A stretch of DNA of 64,000 nucleotides from contig NC_081397.1 of NCBI RefSeq assembly GCF_030684315.1, forward strand, positions 11,866,421-11,930,420, in the 5' to 3' direction. Origin of the DNA: Stegostoma tigrinum. Its lineage: Eukaryota. Below the pieces are notes generated by a model. That model was not told the DNA's origin. It made no database searches and was given only the letters and a program-made list of their open reading frames with translations. The position numbers and the translations under genes were made by a program. The number at the start of each line of letters is the position of its first letter. Positions within the stretch are counted from its first letter, which is position 1. Shown here one piece after another: positions 1 to 13,696 of the stretch.

Positions 1-377
1 GAACAGCTGCCGGACTGGCATCGCAAAAGTAGAAATATTGTTGATCTTGTGCAATAGGGAGCGCGATTGTAAAATATTGTTTAAAGCAGTATTGAGTTCA
101 ACGGCAAAGAAACAGCTGTGTGATACTTTTATCAATGTATCCGGGTGCTGATGTGAAATAAAATGCATCTGTTCAGAGCAACTTACGCCGGGCTCTTTTT
201 CTGCCATCTGTTTATTCTTAAGGATCAGGGTAAAAAGCAAAATCATAATCACATCGATTCACTTAGGCCTGGGAATCAGAGAGAGATTGTGTGAAGTATA
301 CAGGCGTATTCTAAAAGTAAATTATCTCAAGAATGAACGCATTCTTCTTTGTAAAACTTCTACCCGTTTTGAAACTA

Positions 378-1022
<645 letters not shown>

Positions 1023-1052
1023 AGAGACCGTTCTGTAACCTGACAACCCAAA

Positions 1053-1094
1053 GGCTCTTTTCAGAGCCACCCACAAAGTCAGTGAAAAGCAGCT
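1053..1094 (+). terminator. Histone 3' stem-loop plus purine-rich downstream element (H2A)
   Basis: GGCTCTTTTCAGAGCC at 1053-1068 then ACCCA, and GTGAAAAGCAGCT about 14 nt downstream. Confidence 0.95.
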
Positions 1095-1776
1095 AGACTG
1101 TCACTGCTGGTTGGTTTACTTTAATTTTATGTGCAAACACGGGACTAAATGCGCAAAAATATCCGTTTCCTTTTTGCCTTAACCTAAAGAAAACTAGAAC
1201 AGCTGTCGGAGGGGAGTAATAAAGTTTTACTGCAGGGACAGCGACTTTAAATAGTAACTCACAGCGGTTTCCCTATCACTATGCCGACAGGGAACAAAAG
1301 ACATGCGCTAACTCCCCGCAAGAAAGGGGCCGTTCGAGACTAAACCGAGCCTCCTCAGAGGATCGAATGAATACACTCGTGTGAGATGAGGCAAAATTTC
1401 AATTGCACGATCAGAAATATAAAAATCGTTTGTATATTTTGGTGGGCTTTTCGAATTGGCCACTGTTTCCCAACATCCTCATTCGTCAACTTCAGTTGCA
1501 GCTGGGGAAACGCCAAGGGAAGCAATTGGCAAGCAAAGGCGTTTGAATCGGAAATTTATAAAATGTTAGGTACAGTACTTGAACTGTGTTGTGATTACTG
1601 AGCACTTATAAACCTGTTTCACAACTCGGGGGAATTATTGGGCCTGAGAGATGCACTAAGTTTCTGTAACAGCGGTGACATTGAGACATAACATCAATAG
1701 TATGCTGTGGGTTTATATTAACTACAGTCCATCGTGTCTAATGATTGCTGTTCTCTCTCTCTCTGGATAGTGTCGT

Positions 1777-1792
1777 GGCTCTGAAAAGAGCC
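1777..1792 (-). terminator. Histone 3' stem-loop (H3 copy A)
   Basis: Reverse complement reads GGCTCTTTTCAGAGCC, followed by a GA-rich downstream element. Confidence 0.95.
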
Positions 1793-1836
1793 GTTGTGTT
1801 TCTCGGGGTGAATGTGCAGGGCCGGGCACGCTCCGT

Positions 1837-2271
<435 letters not shown>

Positions 2272-2972
2272 CTACTCTCAATGCTGAACCTGTGGCGGCG
2301 CTGCCTATTTAAGGGAATGGAGAGCTCGCCCTAGAGCTGGGATTTGTTAGAGTCCCGTCCCTCAACCCCATGAGAAACAGCTCCGGAAGGTTCTGAAAAG
2401 GCAGAAAAATATTTTTTGGTTTAAATTGAAATGACAGTTGGTCACTTCCAAAAAGCCCGCCGATTTTACCCTCGCGATCCTGAGTTTAAGGTAAATATTT
2501 AAAAGGAAAATAAACTCCGACTCCGATCAAATCGTGTACTTTGCAAACTAAATTTTTTGAATAAAATCTACATCAGCGGAGACAGGACGACAGGACTGCC
2601 TCATCTGTCTGTAACAGGCGTGAGGAAAGGGGGAGGGCGTTTGGCATTGCTTCCTGCAACAGGCAGATGGAAAGTAAATTAAAACTTCCACGGGTGTCCC
2701 AGAATCAAAACTGAACGAAATATCATTCCTGTAACGGTTAATGAAATACAAATACAGCAATATATGTTAACTCCAGCCCCCAACTAGATCTGTAAATAAA
2801 ACTATTCTCCACAACGGCAGTGAACACAACTTTCGGGATTAAAAAACTGCGGTCTCGAGCTTCATGTTCGAAGCAGACAAAAACAGGATTTTTTTCTAAG
2901 CAGTTGCGATACAATTGAACGCCCATGATCCGGCCTTTCTTAACAAGACAACACGGTTGCTTCCATTATCAA

Positions 2973-3194
2973 GATAATAAAATGTGAGGCTGGATGAACA
3001 CAGCAGGCCAAGCAGCATCTCGGGAGCACAAAAGCTGACGTTTCGGGCCTAGACCCTTCGCCCTCTCTGATGAAGGGTCTAGGCCCGAAACGTCAGCTTT
3101 TGTGCTCCTGAGATGCTGCTTGGCCTGCTGTGTTCATCCAGCCTCACATTTTATGATCTTGGAATTCTCCAACATCTGCAGTTCCCATTACCTC
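2973..3194. mobile_element. Palindromic Penelope-derived mini-element with hammerhead ribozyme motif
   Basis: Inverted arms centred at ~3062; 15-bp TSD TGCTTCCATTATCAA (2958-2972 and 3195-3209); CTGATGA...GAAAC GTC core at 3067-3094. Confidence 0.8.
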
Positions 3195-3204
3195 TGCTTC
3201 CATT

Positions 3205-3680
3205 ATCAATGTGGGCTATACCAGCTTCAAAATCTCCCCTTCCCCAACTGCATCCCAAAACCATTCCAGTTCTTCCCTCCCCCCACTGCACCACACCACC
3301 AGCCCAGCTCTTCCCTCCACCCACTGTATCCCAAAACCAGTCCAACCTGTCTATGCCTCCCTAACCTGTTCTTCCTCTCACCCATCCCTTCTTCCCACAT
3401 CAAGCCGCACCTCCATCTCCTACTAACCTCATCCCACCTCCTTGACCTGTCCGTCTTCCCTGGACTGACCTTTCCCCTCCCTACCTCCCCACCTGTACTC
3501 TCCTCTCCACCTATCTTCTTTTCTCTCCATCTTCGGTCCGCCTCCCCCTCTCTCCCTATTTATTCCAGTTCCCTCTCCCCATCCCCTCTCTGATGAAGGG
3601 TCTAGGCCCAAAACGTCAGCTTTCGTGCTCCTGAGATGCTGCTGGGCCTGCTGTGTTCATCCAGCCTCAAATTTTGTCTT
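3205..3680 (+). mobile_element. Penelope-like element 3' end / pseudo-LTR fragment
   Basis: Same C/T-rich 3' region as 20140-20620; terminal hammerhead motif at 3590-3618 with GAAA mutated to AAAA. Confidence 0.8.
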
Positions 3681-4030
3681 GCTTCAATTTCCACGTCAGT
3701 TTCTATTCCCCCAGTTGAATGAGACAAAATCATTTGATGGGGATTGTGTGGTGAAGAGGAGTTTCAGGGCGTGTTAGTCTCTTTGAGACTCTCTCCCTAC
3801 ATGTGTGAAAAGCAGACTGACATGAACTGACAAAGCACGAGAGCCTATGGTCCATGTGAGCAGGACCTCACACTCACACATTGTAGAGTATGGAAGAGGG
3901 GCTGAGTGTAAATCCGGTGGGTAAATACGGAACGGTTATTCACATAAATTAGTGTCTAATTTATTCCTGCACTCGGAGCTAGGACAGGGATCATTTGATC
4001 CGGGCTCAGCTCTCTCCTGAAAGATGTGGT

Positions 4031-4046
4031 GGCTCTGAGAAGAGCC
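4031..4046 (-). terminator. Histone 3' stem-loop (H1)
   Basis: Reverse complement GGCTCTTCTCAGAGCC then ACCAC, with AGGAGAGAGCTG downstream element. Confidence 0.93.
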
Positions 4047-4082
4047 TTTGGGTTCAGGTCGTTACACGTTGCACGGACTGCT

Positions 4083-4721
4083 TCATTTCTTTGCTGCTTT
4101 CTTGGTCACTTTCGCTTTGGGCTTGGCCTTCGGTTTCCTCGATTTCGGGGCCGGCTTTGCGGCCTTGGGGCTCTTGGTCTTTATCACCTTCTTCACGGGA
4201 GTCTTTTTCTTCGGCGCTGCTTTCTTCGCCGCTTTCTTTGGCGTTGCTGCCTTCTTGCCGCCCGCTTTCTTGCCTGTTGCTTTCTTGGCTGGGGATTTTT
4301 TCGCTGCCACCTTCTTGCTCGTTGTTTTCTTCACGGCTGCTTTCTTGGCGGCTGCTGCTGGTCTCGCCCTCTTTCCCACTTTTGCCTTGACTGGATTCTT
4401 TGCGAGTTTGAAGGAGCCGGAGACGCCCTGGCCCTTCACCAGAACCAGGGAGCCTTTCGCCAGGCACCTCTTGGCAGCCATCCTGATCTGTGCATTTTGC
4501 TTCTCCACATTGACCCCGCTTCTCTGCAGCGCCTTCTTTATAGCGACCAGAGACGTCCCCTTCCGATCGCTGTTCTCCCCGACAATCTTCACAATCCGCT
4601 CGCCCAACCCGGGACCGGCTGGTTTCTTCCTGGAAGCCGCCGCCTTCTTCTTCTTGGGAGACTTGGGTTTGGTGCTAGCGGAGGCTGGAGGAGCCGTTTC
4701 GGCGGCTGTACTGTCGCTCAT
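4083..4721 (-). CDS. H1: Replication-dependent linker histone H1
   Basis: 212 aa; globular domain (RKGTSLVAIKKAL...LVKGQGVSGSFKLAK) plus K/A/P-rich tail with SPK/TPK motifs; stem-loop 3' end. Confidence 0.95.
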   Translation of the reverse strand: MSDSTAAETAPPASASTKPKSPKKKKAAASRKKPAGPGLGERIVKIVGENSDRKGTSLVAIKKALQRSGVNVEKQNAQIRMAAKRCLAKGSLVLVKGQGVSGSFKLAKNPVKAKVGKRARPAAAAKKAAVKKTTSKKVAAKKSPAKKATGKKAGGKKAATPKKAAKKAAPKKKTPVKKVIKTKSPKAAKPAPKSRKPKAKPKAKVTKKAAKK

Positions 4722-4799
4722 GTCGGGAACTCTGCGCTGAATCTCTCTCTGTCAAACTGAACTGGGTCAGCAATGAAGCTGCTGGTGGCGGCACTGAGC

Positions 4800-4880
4800 A
4801 ACTTAAAGGCAGCGAGCGGACGGCGCGGAGACAACCTGCCCTCAGCTCCCTGCTCCTGCTGCCTGTCTGTGTTTCTCTCT
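4800..4880 (-). promoter_or_regulatory. H1 promoter with AC-box (AAACACA) and TATA-like element
   Basis: Minus-strand AAACACA at 4868-4874 (H1-subtype box); TTTAAGT at ~4801-4807. Confidence 0.6.
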
Positions 4881-5613
4881 CGGCAGAAACTCTCCAATTC
4901 CTCTGCAATTCCGCATCTCCAGAGAGCCAGGCTCGATCGTTCCTGACCCTGACACGGGAAGGTTTGCGGCCGAAGCGTTTTCACTCGAATTGACGGCTCC
5001 GTTCTCGAGTTAAACGCATTTTGCTACTGCACTCATCGCGCTCTCTGAGCTGAACGCTGGCATTATCATCACTTTCAGACTGAAATCTTAAAATTAACAA
5101 TTACACAGCTTTGAATTCTAGCTTTGGGGTTTAGTGGGGGAGCAGGAGGATAACTTGAATTGAAATTATTTTCGATCTGATTAAGAGAAATTCGGAAATA
5201 TCATGATATGAGCGGACAGACAAGCACAGTTACGTGTGCCTAACCCGCCCGCCCTTTTCGCACTGTCTCTCTGATTCAATATTCACATCCACACAGTCAC
5301 ATGCCAGAAATATCGCCAAATGTAAATGTGGAAGGATATATTTTCTTTTCTTTTCAGCTTTTGCTCCGACATCCAGGGAGTTAGTTGCAGTTTTTCTCCT
5401 CAGTAAGTGTTAAACTCTCTGAGGACTGTGCGCCGGAGATTCGCTCTTCTCCAGATTCAGCTCCAAAAGTCAATCATCTGGTTTGAACTTATATTGATCA
5501 CCCAGATCAGTATTTTTAATTTCGCTGACAATACTCAACATCGGTTCTGGGAATAAACAGAAATAGAAACATAAATAATGTCAACTGGACCTAACCAATC
5601 AGCCCTTCAAACC

Positions 5614-5712
5614 AAGATAACAAATTGTGAAGCTGGATGAACACAGCAGGCCAAGCAGCATCTCAGCAGCACAAAAGCTGACGTTTCGGGCCTAGACCCT
5701 TCATCAGACAGC
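5614..5712 (-). mobile_element. Short Penelope-derived insertion with intact hammerhead motif
   Basis: Ribozyme core on minus strand at 5678-5707; flanked by CCTTCAAACC direct repeat. Confidence 0.75.
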
Positions 5713-5789
5713 TCCTTCAAACCTCCCCTCCAACTCATCATGAGAATGGCAGATCATCCAACTCAATAGCCTGTGCCCGTTTTTCTCTC

Positions 5790-6660
5790 ACATGGAGACA
5801 TTCAACAAGGATGCATAACCTTCAGTCCGACCATAACATGGCGAATATAATGCCAGACTGAACTAATTCCACCGATCTGTCCTTGGCCTATTTCCTTTCT
5901 TATTTATGTACTTATCCAAATGTCGTTTTAATGTTATAGTTGTAGGCATAGAGACGATTTCGTCAGGAGCTTCATTCCACATGCGCCCATGCTCTGTTCA
6001 AAAACAAAACGCAAGTGTCTTTTTAAAAATTTCTCTCCCGTCACATGAAAAATGTTCGCCCTAGTCTTCAATTCCTCCCCAGCCGCCACCCACAACTCAG
6101 GAAAAGAACAACGTCAGTCAACACTGTCTCATCCCCTCATTATTTTAAACACTTCTATAAGGTGACCTCTCAACCTCAATGTGACTACCCACCTCATAAT
6201 CTCAAAGGACTGTGCAATGAAGGTAAGCATGCCTTCATAAACAACCCGTTTAGAAGTGATGCAGACTTCAACAGGATAGGTCCTACAACACTACCAAGGA
6301 CCTACCATTAATCATTCAAGGCCTACTTCTGTAAGTTGCTCCAAAATGCAAAATGTTGCATTCATCCAGATTGAATTCTATCTGTCATTTTGCAGCCCAT
6401 CGAGGTAAAGGATCGAGATCCATTTGATATCTTAGGACTCATTCTCCTCTGAATACTATGCTGCTGAGTTTGTTATCATCTACAAACGTGTTTGCCATGA
6501 CTTCTCTCTTCTCATTCATATCATTTATATAATGACAAGCGAAAGAGGACTCAGTCCCAATCCCTGGGGAACACCTCTGGATGACAGGCCTACAGTCGAA
6601 AAAACAACCCTCCATCTTCACTCTCTGTCACTTGCCATTCAGCCAATTATACCTTGCTTC
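5790..6660 (-). mobile_element. Decayed CR1 LINE ORF2 3' fragment
   Basis: Minus strand reads RLRGHLIEVFKIMRG and a degenerate F(A/V)DD motif, similar to the intact ORF2 at 14587-17484. Confidence 0.75.
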
Positions 6661-6689
6661 CCTTTGGCCACAAGTGCTACACCTGCACC

Positions 6690-8200
6690 ATACTGAACTC
6701 ATACAATGTGTTGAACGTGGCTGATTTCTGTGGCAGGGAATTTCACAAGATCACCACTTTCTGAATTAAGTAGACTCTCGGCTTCTCAGTCATGAAAGGG
6801 TTATCCTTTCTCCTAAAAATATGACTCCTACCAACAGGAATATTTTTCTGCATTTACACTTTCTCGGTCTGACAGTGTCTTACAGATTTCTAAGAGAATC
6901 CCTCATTCTTCTAACTTTCAGCACATATATTCACAACTAATTCAACCTCTCCTTCCATCCCAGCAATCTGCCTGTTAAAATTACCTTCACAGCAACACCA
7001 TCCTTCCTCAGTAAGGAGGCCAAATCTGCTCTCAGTATTCTATGTGTTGCCTCACAGATGCCCTGATAAATTGTCACAATTCACTGTTTCTCCTGTACTC
7101 AAATTCACTTTCCACAAAGGCCAACATACCTCTCGCCTTCCTCATTGCCTGGTGCATCTGCATGCTTACTTTCAGTGATTAGCGTAGGAGACACCCGGGT
7201 CTTGTTACAAATATCTAAATTACTGTGAACATGTTGTGAAGACGTTTGATCCTAAAACTGATTCTTGTCATTGAGGAAAAAAAAATCATTTCTTCCCTCT
7301 CCATATCTCTTGTTATCCAGCTAGAGTTTTTTTTTGAATCATTCTGAATGCTTTGCACCAATCACAGTTCCTTGGTGTTAACACGATAACATCTTTTGTG
7401 GGATTTTGTTAAAAAAGCTTTTTGGTAAATTAAAATGAACAGCTCTGCTTTAACATCCCTAATCCAGTAGATTAATCAGGCTGGGAACATTGAATAGTAC
7501 AGCAGAGGAACAGTTCTTTCAAATCCATGCTGACTCTGTCTGATCCTGACATTTCATTCCAATTATCTGCATTTTTTTCCTGCAGGCTGAATGGTCTAAA
7601 ATTACAAGTTTTACCTCAACACTCCCTTTACAAATAGATTGTTGACATTAGCTACCCTCCAATCTTTGGAAATTATTGTAGCACCTATGAAGGTTTGGAA
7701 CATCATCACCAATATGGCCACTAAGAGCTCTGGCACATAAGTTATCAGTCCCCGGTACTTCCAAGCCTTCAGTACTACCAATTTTCCCAACACAATTTAC
7801 TGAATAATACTGGCTTGATTCAGAGTCTCCCTCTCACTAAACTCTGTTTTCCACAACATTCCTGACGTGTTATGTGTGTCACCCTGTGTGAACATAGAAC
7901 AACAGTAAGTAGTCAGTTGGATAGCCATTTTTTTTATTCCTCACAATGGACTCCCCTCTTTTTGATTGTAAGTGATGTGCATTTGTGTTTACCAACCTAG
8001 ATTTATTTCCATTCTCCTTTTACATATTTATCAAGACATTAACAGTTATTTTTTTAAAGATTTCTGCAATTGTAAAAAACTTTTCCTCATTTTCTCATTC
8101 ATAATCAATGCATTTGTTTGTTCCTTCATTCCAGATTTTGAAATGTTCCCCAAGTTCAGGGACTTTTATTTTCTTTCAAGTTCATTTTCTTCTCCATTTG
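6690..8200 (-). mobile_element. Decayed CR1 LINE fragments
   Basis: DWRVANV..LF remnant in ORF 7611..7793 and other ORF2-like stretches. Confidence 0.6.
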
Positions 8201-8339
8201 TACGCCTCCACCGTGGATCAAAAACGGTGTTAAATTGCCCTCTGAAAAGACAGTTTTGTAAACTGTAAAAAGAGCACCTTCCATACTCACGAATACATCA
8301 GTATAAAGAATTTGGGCGGCTGATGTTTAGGAACACTGG

Positions 8340-8600
8340 GCAAGATCGAGGGCAAGTTCTCCTCCAAGCCACCCACTATACTAACTTAGAAATATATCCC
8401 CTTGGCTTCACTGTCGTTGGATCAAGACCCTGGAACTCCCTACTAACGGCAATGTGAGCAGTACACGGACGACAATTGTTCTGGAAGGCGGCTCGGCAGC
8501 ACCTTCTCGGGGCGGGGGGGTGGCGCGGGGGGCGACTCGGGACGGGCAAACAATTTCGGCCCAGCCAGCGACATCCACGTCCCAGGAGTGAGTAAACAAG
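8340..8600 (+). mobile_element. 3' end of an L2/CR1-group LINE (tail shared with the SINE at ~11.9 kb)
   Basis: Tail GGCCCAGCCAGCGACATCCACGTCCCAGGAGTGAGTAAA resembles 12160-12212 and 41760-41840. Confidence 0.5.
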
Positions 8601-9171
8601 AACATTTAGGGTCTGTGGTTGAGGTATCCCTTTCATCAGAAGGTTTCTGTCTGCAGCATACAAAATCAGTCATCTATTCGAAACTGGTATTTGCATCTGG
8701 AGGCATTCAGATATGATATTGAAAAACTTTCGTTCGTGTGTAACTTCAGCAGGGTCCACCTGACCCATAAATGGTGACATTACCCCTGCGCCGCAAGACT
8801 CCATCCAACAGTTGTATTCTGCCTTCCTTCAAATGTCCCATTTATTCCATCGCTCTGTATGTTAGTTTGACAGAGTTAAAATGAGGCGAAGGTCAGCAGG
8901 AATGAAAACTGCAGTTGACATGAGATCCGACGTGATGTTATAGAATGGTGAAGCGCATTAAATGAATGGAATGGCCGTCAGCATCAGTGCTTCCCCATCA
9001 GATTGTAAGAGAGCCGGAGGGAGGCAGTTATTAACATGATCCGGAATAATCTCCATTGAAGGTTCAGAAAGAGCCAAAGCCCCAGCTTGAAACGTTCCCT
9101 GCCCTTTCCCCAACAGCCCCACTTGCTTTGCTCACACTGGGAGTAAAGGGAATTACGGAAAAGACCATTGG

Positions 9172-9385
9172 ATAACAAGGTTTGGAGCTGGATGGACACA
9201 GCAGGCCCAGCAGCATCAGAGGAGCAGGAAGGAGGATGTTTCGGGCCGGGAGTCTTTTCTGAAGAAGGGCCGAGGATCGAAAGGTCAGCCTCCCTGATCT
9301 TCTGACGCTGCTGGGCCTGCCGTGTTTATCCAGCTCTAACCTTATTGTCTCAGATTCTCCAGCATCTGCAGTTCCTACTGTCAAT
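9172..9385. mobile_element. Older palindromic Penelope-derived mini-element
   Basis: Inverted arms GAGCTGGATGGACACAGCAGGCCCAGCAGC / GCTGCTGGGCCTGCCGTGTTTATCCAGCTC around a degenerate ribozyme core. Confidence 0.65.
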
Positions 9386-9426
9386 GACCAATTGATGTTT
9401 GTTTATGGGAATCTTTGTGAAAAGCA

Positions 9427-9860
9427 GCGCATGCGCGATAATTTTTCACTCCCCCGCCCCAAAACAACCAAAAAAGAGGCATGTTGTGACTGGAGGAGCG
9501 CATGCGTGAGGCCTTCCCCCAGCGCTGCCATTGAGGAGCATTGACTCAGTGAGTGGAAGCGGTTTGTTTGAAACAGGCCGCGATGGAGAGACCAGCGCCC
9601 AGGGAAGCGAGGGAACAGCAGGCTCCTTCCAGCAGCGCATCGAGATGTGAGTCTGGGACACAGAGGGGGCTCCGAGACCGGCATTGATTCGGGCTCAGTT
9701 CAGGGAGAACCGGGGACTGTTGGTAAGAGGCCGAGCGGAGCAGGAACTGGTCCCGGAACTTGGAGTGAGCGGCCTGAGGGCGGGGAGAGAGAGGCCTTTC
9801 TCGGGCTGTGTGTGGTCCTGCGGAGGGAGACACAGCGGCAAGAAGCTGCTGCTGGGGGTC
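9427..9860 (+). promoter_or_regulatory. CpG-island promoter and first exon of an unrecognised gene (copy A)
   Basis: NRF1 motifs GCGCATGCGC (9427-9436) and GCGCATGCGT (9498-9507); Kozak GCCGCGATGG at 9583; donor GTGAGT at 9647; near-identical to 42522-42880. Confidence 0.65.
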
Positions 9861-10018
9861 AGGCTTGTGATATTTAATTCTCCGAACGCTGATGGTAATT
9901 CCTCGTTTAGCTTCTGTTTCACGTTGTTTGTTGCGAATTGGCATTGAATCGTAAAGAAGTCACAGTACAGACAAATGTGTTAATCATGTAAAGGATAAAC
10001 GCAGCACTCGTAGTGTGT

Positions 10019-10961
10019 GAGAGATAATGGGAACTGCAGATGCTGGAGATTCCAAGATAATAAAATGTGAGGCTGGATGAACACAGCAGGCCAAGCAGCA
10101 TCTCAGGAGCACAAAAGCTGACGTTTCGGGCCTAGACCCTTCATCACAGAGGGGGATGGGGGGAGGGAACTGGAATAAATAGGGAGAGAGGGGGAGGCGG
10201 ACCGAAGATGGAGAGTAAAGAAGATAGGTGGAGAGGGTGTAGGTGGGGAGGTAGGGAGGGGATAGGTCAGTCCAGGGAAGACGGACAGGTCAAGGAGGTG
10301 GGATGAGGTTCGTAGGTAGCTGGGGGTGCGGCTTGGGGTGGGAGGAAGGGATGGGTGAGAGGAAGAACCGGTTAGGGAGGCAGAGACAGGTTGGACTGGT
10401 TTTGGGATGCAGTGGGTGGGGGGGAAGAGCTGGGCTGGTTGTGTGGTGCAGTGGGGGGAGGGGATGAACTGGGCTGGTTTAGGGATGCAGTGGGGGAAGG
10501 GGAGATTTTGAAACTGGTGAAGTCCACATTGATACTAAAATGTGAGGCTGGATGAACACAGCAGGCCAAGCAGCATCCCAGGAGCACAAAAGCTGACGTT
10601 TCGGGCCTAGACCCTTCATCAGAGAGCCCCTCTCTGATGAAGGGTCTAGGCCCGAAACGTCAGCTTTTGTGCTCCTGGGATGCTGCTTGGCCTGCTGTGT
10701 TCATCCAGCCTCACATTTTATTATCTTGGAGTCTCCAGCATCTGCAGTTCCCATTATCTCTCCACATTGATACCATATGGCTTCAGGGTTCCCAGGCGGA
10801 ATATGAGTTGCTGTTCCTGCAACCTTCGGGTGGCATCATTGTGGCAGTGCAGGAGGCCCATGATGGACATGTCATCAAGAGAATGGGAGGGGGAGTGGAA
10901 ATGGTTTGCGACTGGGAGGTGCAGTTGTTTGTTGCGAACTGAGCGGAGGTGTTCTGCACCT
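10019..10961 (-). mobile_element. Penelope-like element 3' fragment with a nested palindromic mini-element (10536-10760)
   Basis: Outer TSD GCACTCGTAGTGTGT (10004-10018, 10962-10976); inner TSD TCCACATTGATAC (10523-10535, 10761-10773); two intact head-to-head hammerhead motifs at 10593-10661. Confidence 0.85.
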
Positions 10962-11274
10962 GCACTCGTAGTGTGTTTCGTTTTAAATAGTGTCTGTTGT
11001 CCTTCCTTTAAATGGGTAGTGTATTGGGAGCTGGGTATTGAACTGTGTAAGCATTCAATTCATTGCATCTTAATAAATTGTTTCAGAATTTCGCGTAAAG
11101 AAAGAGACGAGGAGGAGCTCAGGTAAATTATGGAGCCAGCCTCTTCTCTGTTTGAATTGTTGGCTTTAAAACAACGAAGTGTTATGAGTATTAATTCAAT
11201 TTTGCCTTGATCAGTTTTAATATTTGCAAACTCGTTGGATGTTGATTTACAGGAGAATTCTGTTCTTCCTCCAG

Positions 11275-11353
11275 GCAAATACTTGATGGGCCAAGGCAAT
11301 TTCATATTTACTTGGTACAGCATGTGTGACCAGCTGCTCCAACCAAACAGCAG
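11275..11353 (+). other. Putative coding exon 2 of the unrecognised gene (copy A1)
   Basis: Pyrimidine tract-CAG acceptor and CAG/GTATGT donor; open in frame with exon 1 (KYLMGQGNFIFTWYSMCDQLLQPNSR); three paralogous exons in the window. Confidence 0.55.
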
Positions 11354-11854
11354 GTATGTTAGCACTGTCAGAGTGGAGAATTTACTTTCCACAGTCATAG
11401 GGGTAAGACTTGCATTGAGCTCAAATTCCAGATATCTACATTCAATCCAAGGGCCAAACAACATCAACAAAACCCAGTGCAATTCCAGTAAAGTTCGTCT
11501 TTGAAAGCCCATTGCCATTTTTAGCATTTGAAGAGGGATTAATTGAATCTTCATCACAAATATATGCTCACTAACTGCATTGAATGCTTGGTGAGGAAGG
11601 GCATTTTTAAAGTTACAGTCAAGGTATATAAATAGATCAAGTTGTCACTGTTACAATATAACCATGTATGGAGTGGATATTGGGTACAGACATGGAAGGA
11701 AACTTTAGATGTTATCAGTGACTAAGGAAGACAATTAATAAACAGAAGATTCTGGAAAAGCACAGCAGGTCTGGCAGCATCTGTGATGAGAAATCAGAGT
11801 TAACGTTTCAGGCCTGGTATGCTTCCTCAGTTCTGAACAAAGGCCACCAGATCT

Positions 11855-12212
11855 GGGAGGCATTGACTTAGTGGTCGTATCACTGGACTGTTAATGCAGA
11901 GACCAGACAACATTCTGGGGACATGGCTTCAATCACTGCCACAGCAGATGGTGGAATTTGAATTAAAAAAACATCTGGAATTAAGAATGTAATGATGACA
12001 ATGAATCCATTGTCTGTTGTCAGGAAAAAGAATCCATCTGGCTCACTTGTGTCCTTGAGCGAAGGAAACTGGCATGCTTACCTGGTCTGGCCTACGTGTG
12101 ACTCCAGACCCACAGCAATGAGGTTGACTCTGAACTGCTCTCTGGGCAATTAGGTGCAGGCAATAAATGCAAGCCGAGTCAGCAACACCATCATGCTGTG
12201 AATGAATAAAAA
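11855..12212 (+). mobile_element. tRNA-derived SINE with LINE-type tail
   Basis: Pol III A/B-box-like head, central CCTGGTCTGGCCTACGTGTGACTCCAGACC, tail ending GAATGAATAAAAAA. Confidence 0.6.
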
Positions 12213-13058
12213 ATTAGAGGTGTTACTATTAGAAGAGAAGATGTTATTCTGACACAAAAGGGAGCATTTGCATAAACAACTGCAAGAAGGTTTGTGCGAG
12301 ACTGTTTGAAGATTTGGAACAAACATTGAAGGGGACGGTAAACTCCTGCAATAACAAACAGATGAACTAATGGGATTATGGCTCACATAAGTACCAGAGG
12401 ATCAAACACGTTCATTCAATTACAGTTATAATTAATTCCAATCTCATTAATGAATGGAAGTTGTCCCTTTAGGTGAACAGAGTCAGTTCGGGAAAGTGAC
12501 GTGAATGATCCCAGATGACAGTCAGCCTAGAATTTCATAAAAACTGCAGAAAAAAAACATATGAAGCAATTCGTTGTTTCTTTGAAATTATTCATGGTAT
12601 TAAGAAATACTTTTATTTAAAGATTCTTCATATAATTATGTTGAAATCTCGAAATATATGTACTTAATAAAATACAAAGATCACTAAAAGCATTAGGGAA
12701 AAAGCTTCATATGGAGATATTAATTAGTCTCCGGAGGCTTTCCTGTATCACAAAAGGAATACTTAGTGCACCTTGTTAAGGTGAATAATTAGTTCATGCC
12801 ATTGCATAGTTACACCAACCATATGTGAGGTAGGTAATGAGTACAGATATGGGTGGAAACATTCACATCAGTAACTGAGCAGGGACAGTCTTGATCGTTT
12901 GCCCAACACGTGTCCCAGGCAGAGACAGAACAATTAAGTAACATGACTTTTAAATGCCCATGTCCTGTGCCAACACCTGACAGAGAATGCTACTGAGTGC
13001 ACGTGATTTTTCGCTGTCACAATCTCGTGCTCGCATGAACATAAACAACACACTCTCA

Positions 13059-13060
<2 letters not shown>

Positions 13061-13105
<45 letters not shown>
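13061..13105. repeat. (CA)n microsatellite
   Basis: About 22 perfect AC repeats. Confidence 0.95.
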
Positions 13106-13107
<2 letters not shown>

Positions 13108-13696
13108 TTTACAATGAGTTGCAAATACCTGCACAATCCCAACACGTGCTACAACATGTAACAGCCATGAAAATCACATACACTGCAAGCCTCAGAACAT
13201 GTAACATTCAAAATGATTTCTTGTCATGGATTTCAGATCAGAGAGCTAGCTTTTCATGATAAGAGATAAACAGAACAGAATTTGAGCTAAGGAGTCCAAT
13301 TCCCATGCATTTAAATCCATGGTAATTGCTGTGATCATAAACTAAATATCATTTGGTCGCTCCATCAGAGAAAAAAAAGCTGTTGACTTTTCTAGCAGAA
13401 TTCTCATGAACTGTTCCAATAAATTGAAGAGGATATTGTATGGTGAACTTTCAAAGAAAATGAATATTAAACTCTGAGCACATTTAGACAAGACAGTGAC
13501 CAATCCCAGAATAAAATTTCAACTGTACCACAGCCTGAATATTGTGGAATATCCTCAGCCCTCAGGCACTCTGCCAGAGACATTCAATGCTAAAAGCTCT
13601 AACAGTTTCATTTCTAGCACTTTACACATTTGGCAACAAGTAAAATCTGATTTGTGTTGTGGAGCAGATACTTGAACATCAAAGAAAACCTGCAAA

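Noticed and set aside
3102-3593. Recurrent MLLGLLCSSSLTF / MDWFWDAVGG ORFs as a gene family
   Set aside because: They are translations of the non-coding Penelope terminal repeat.
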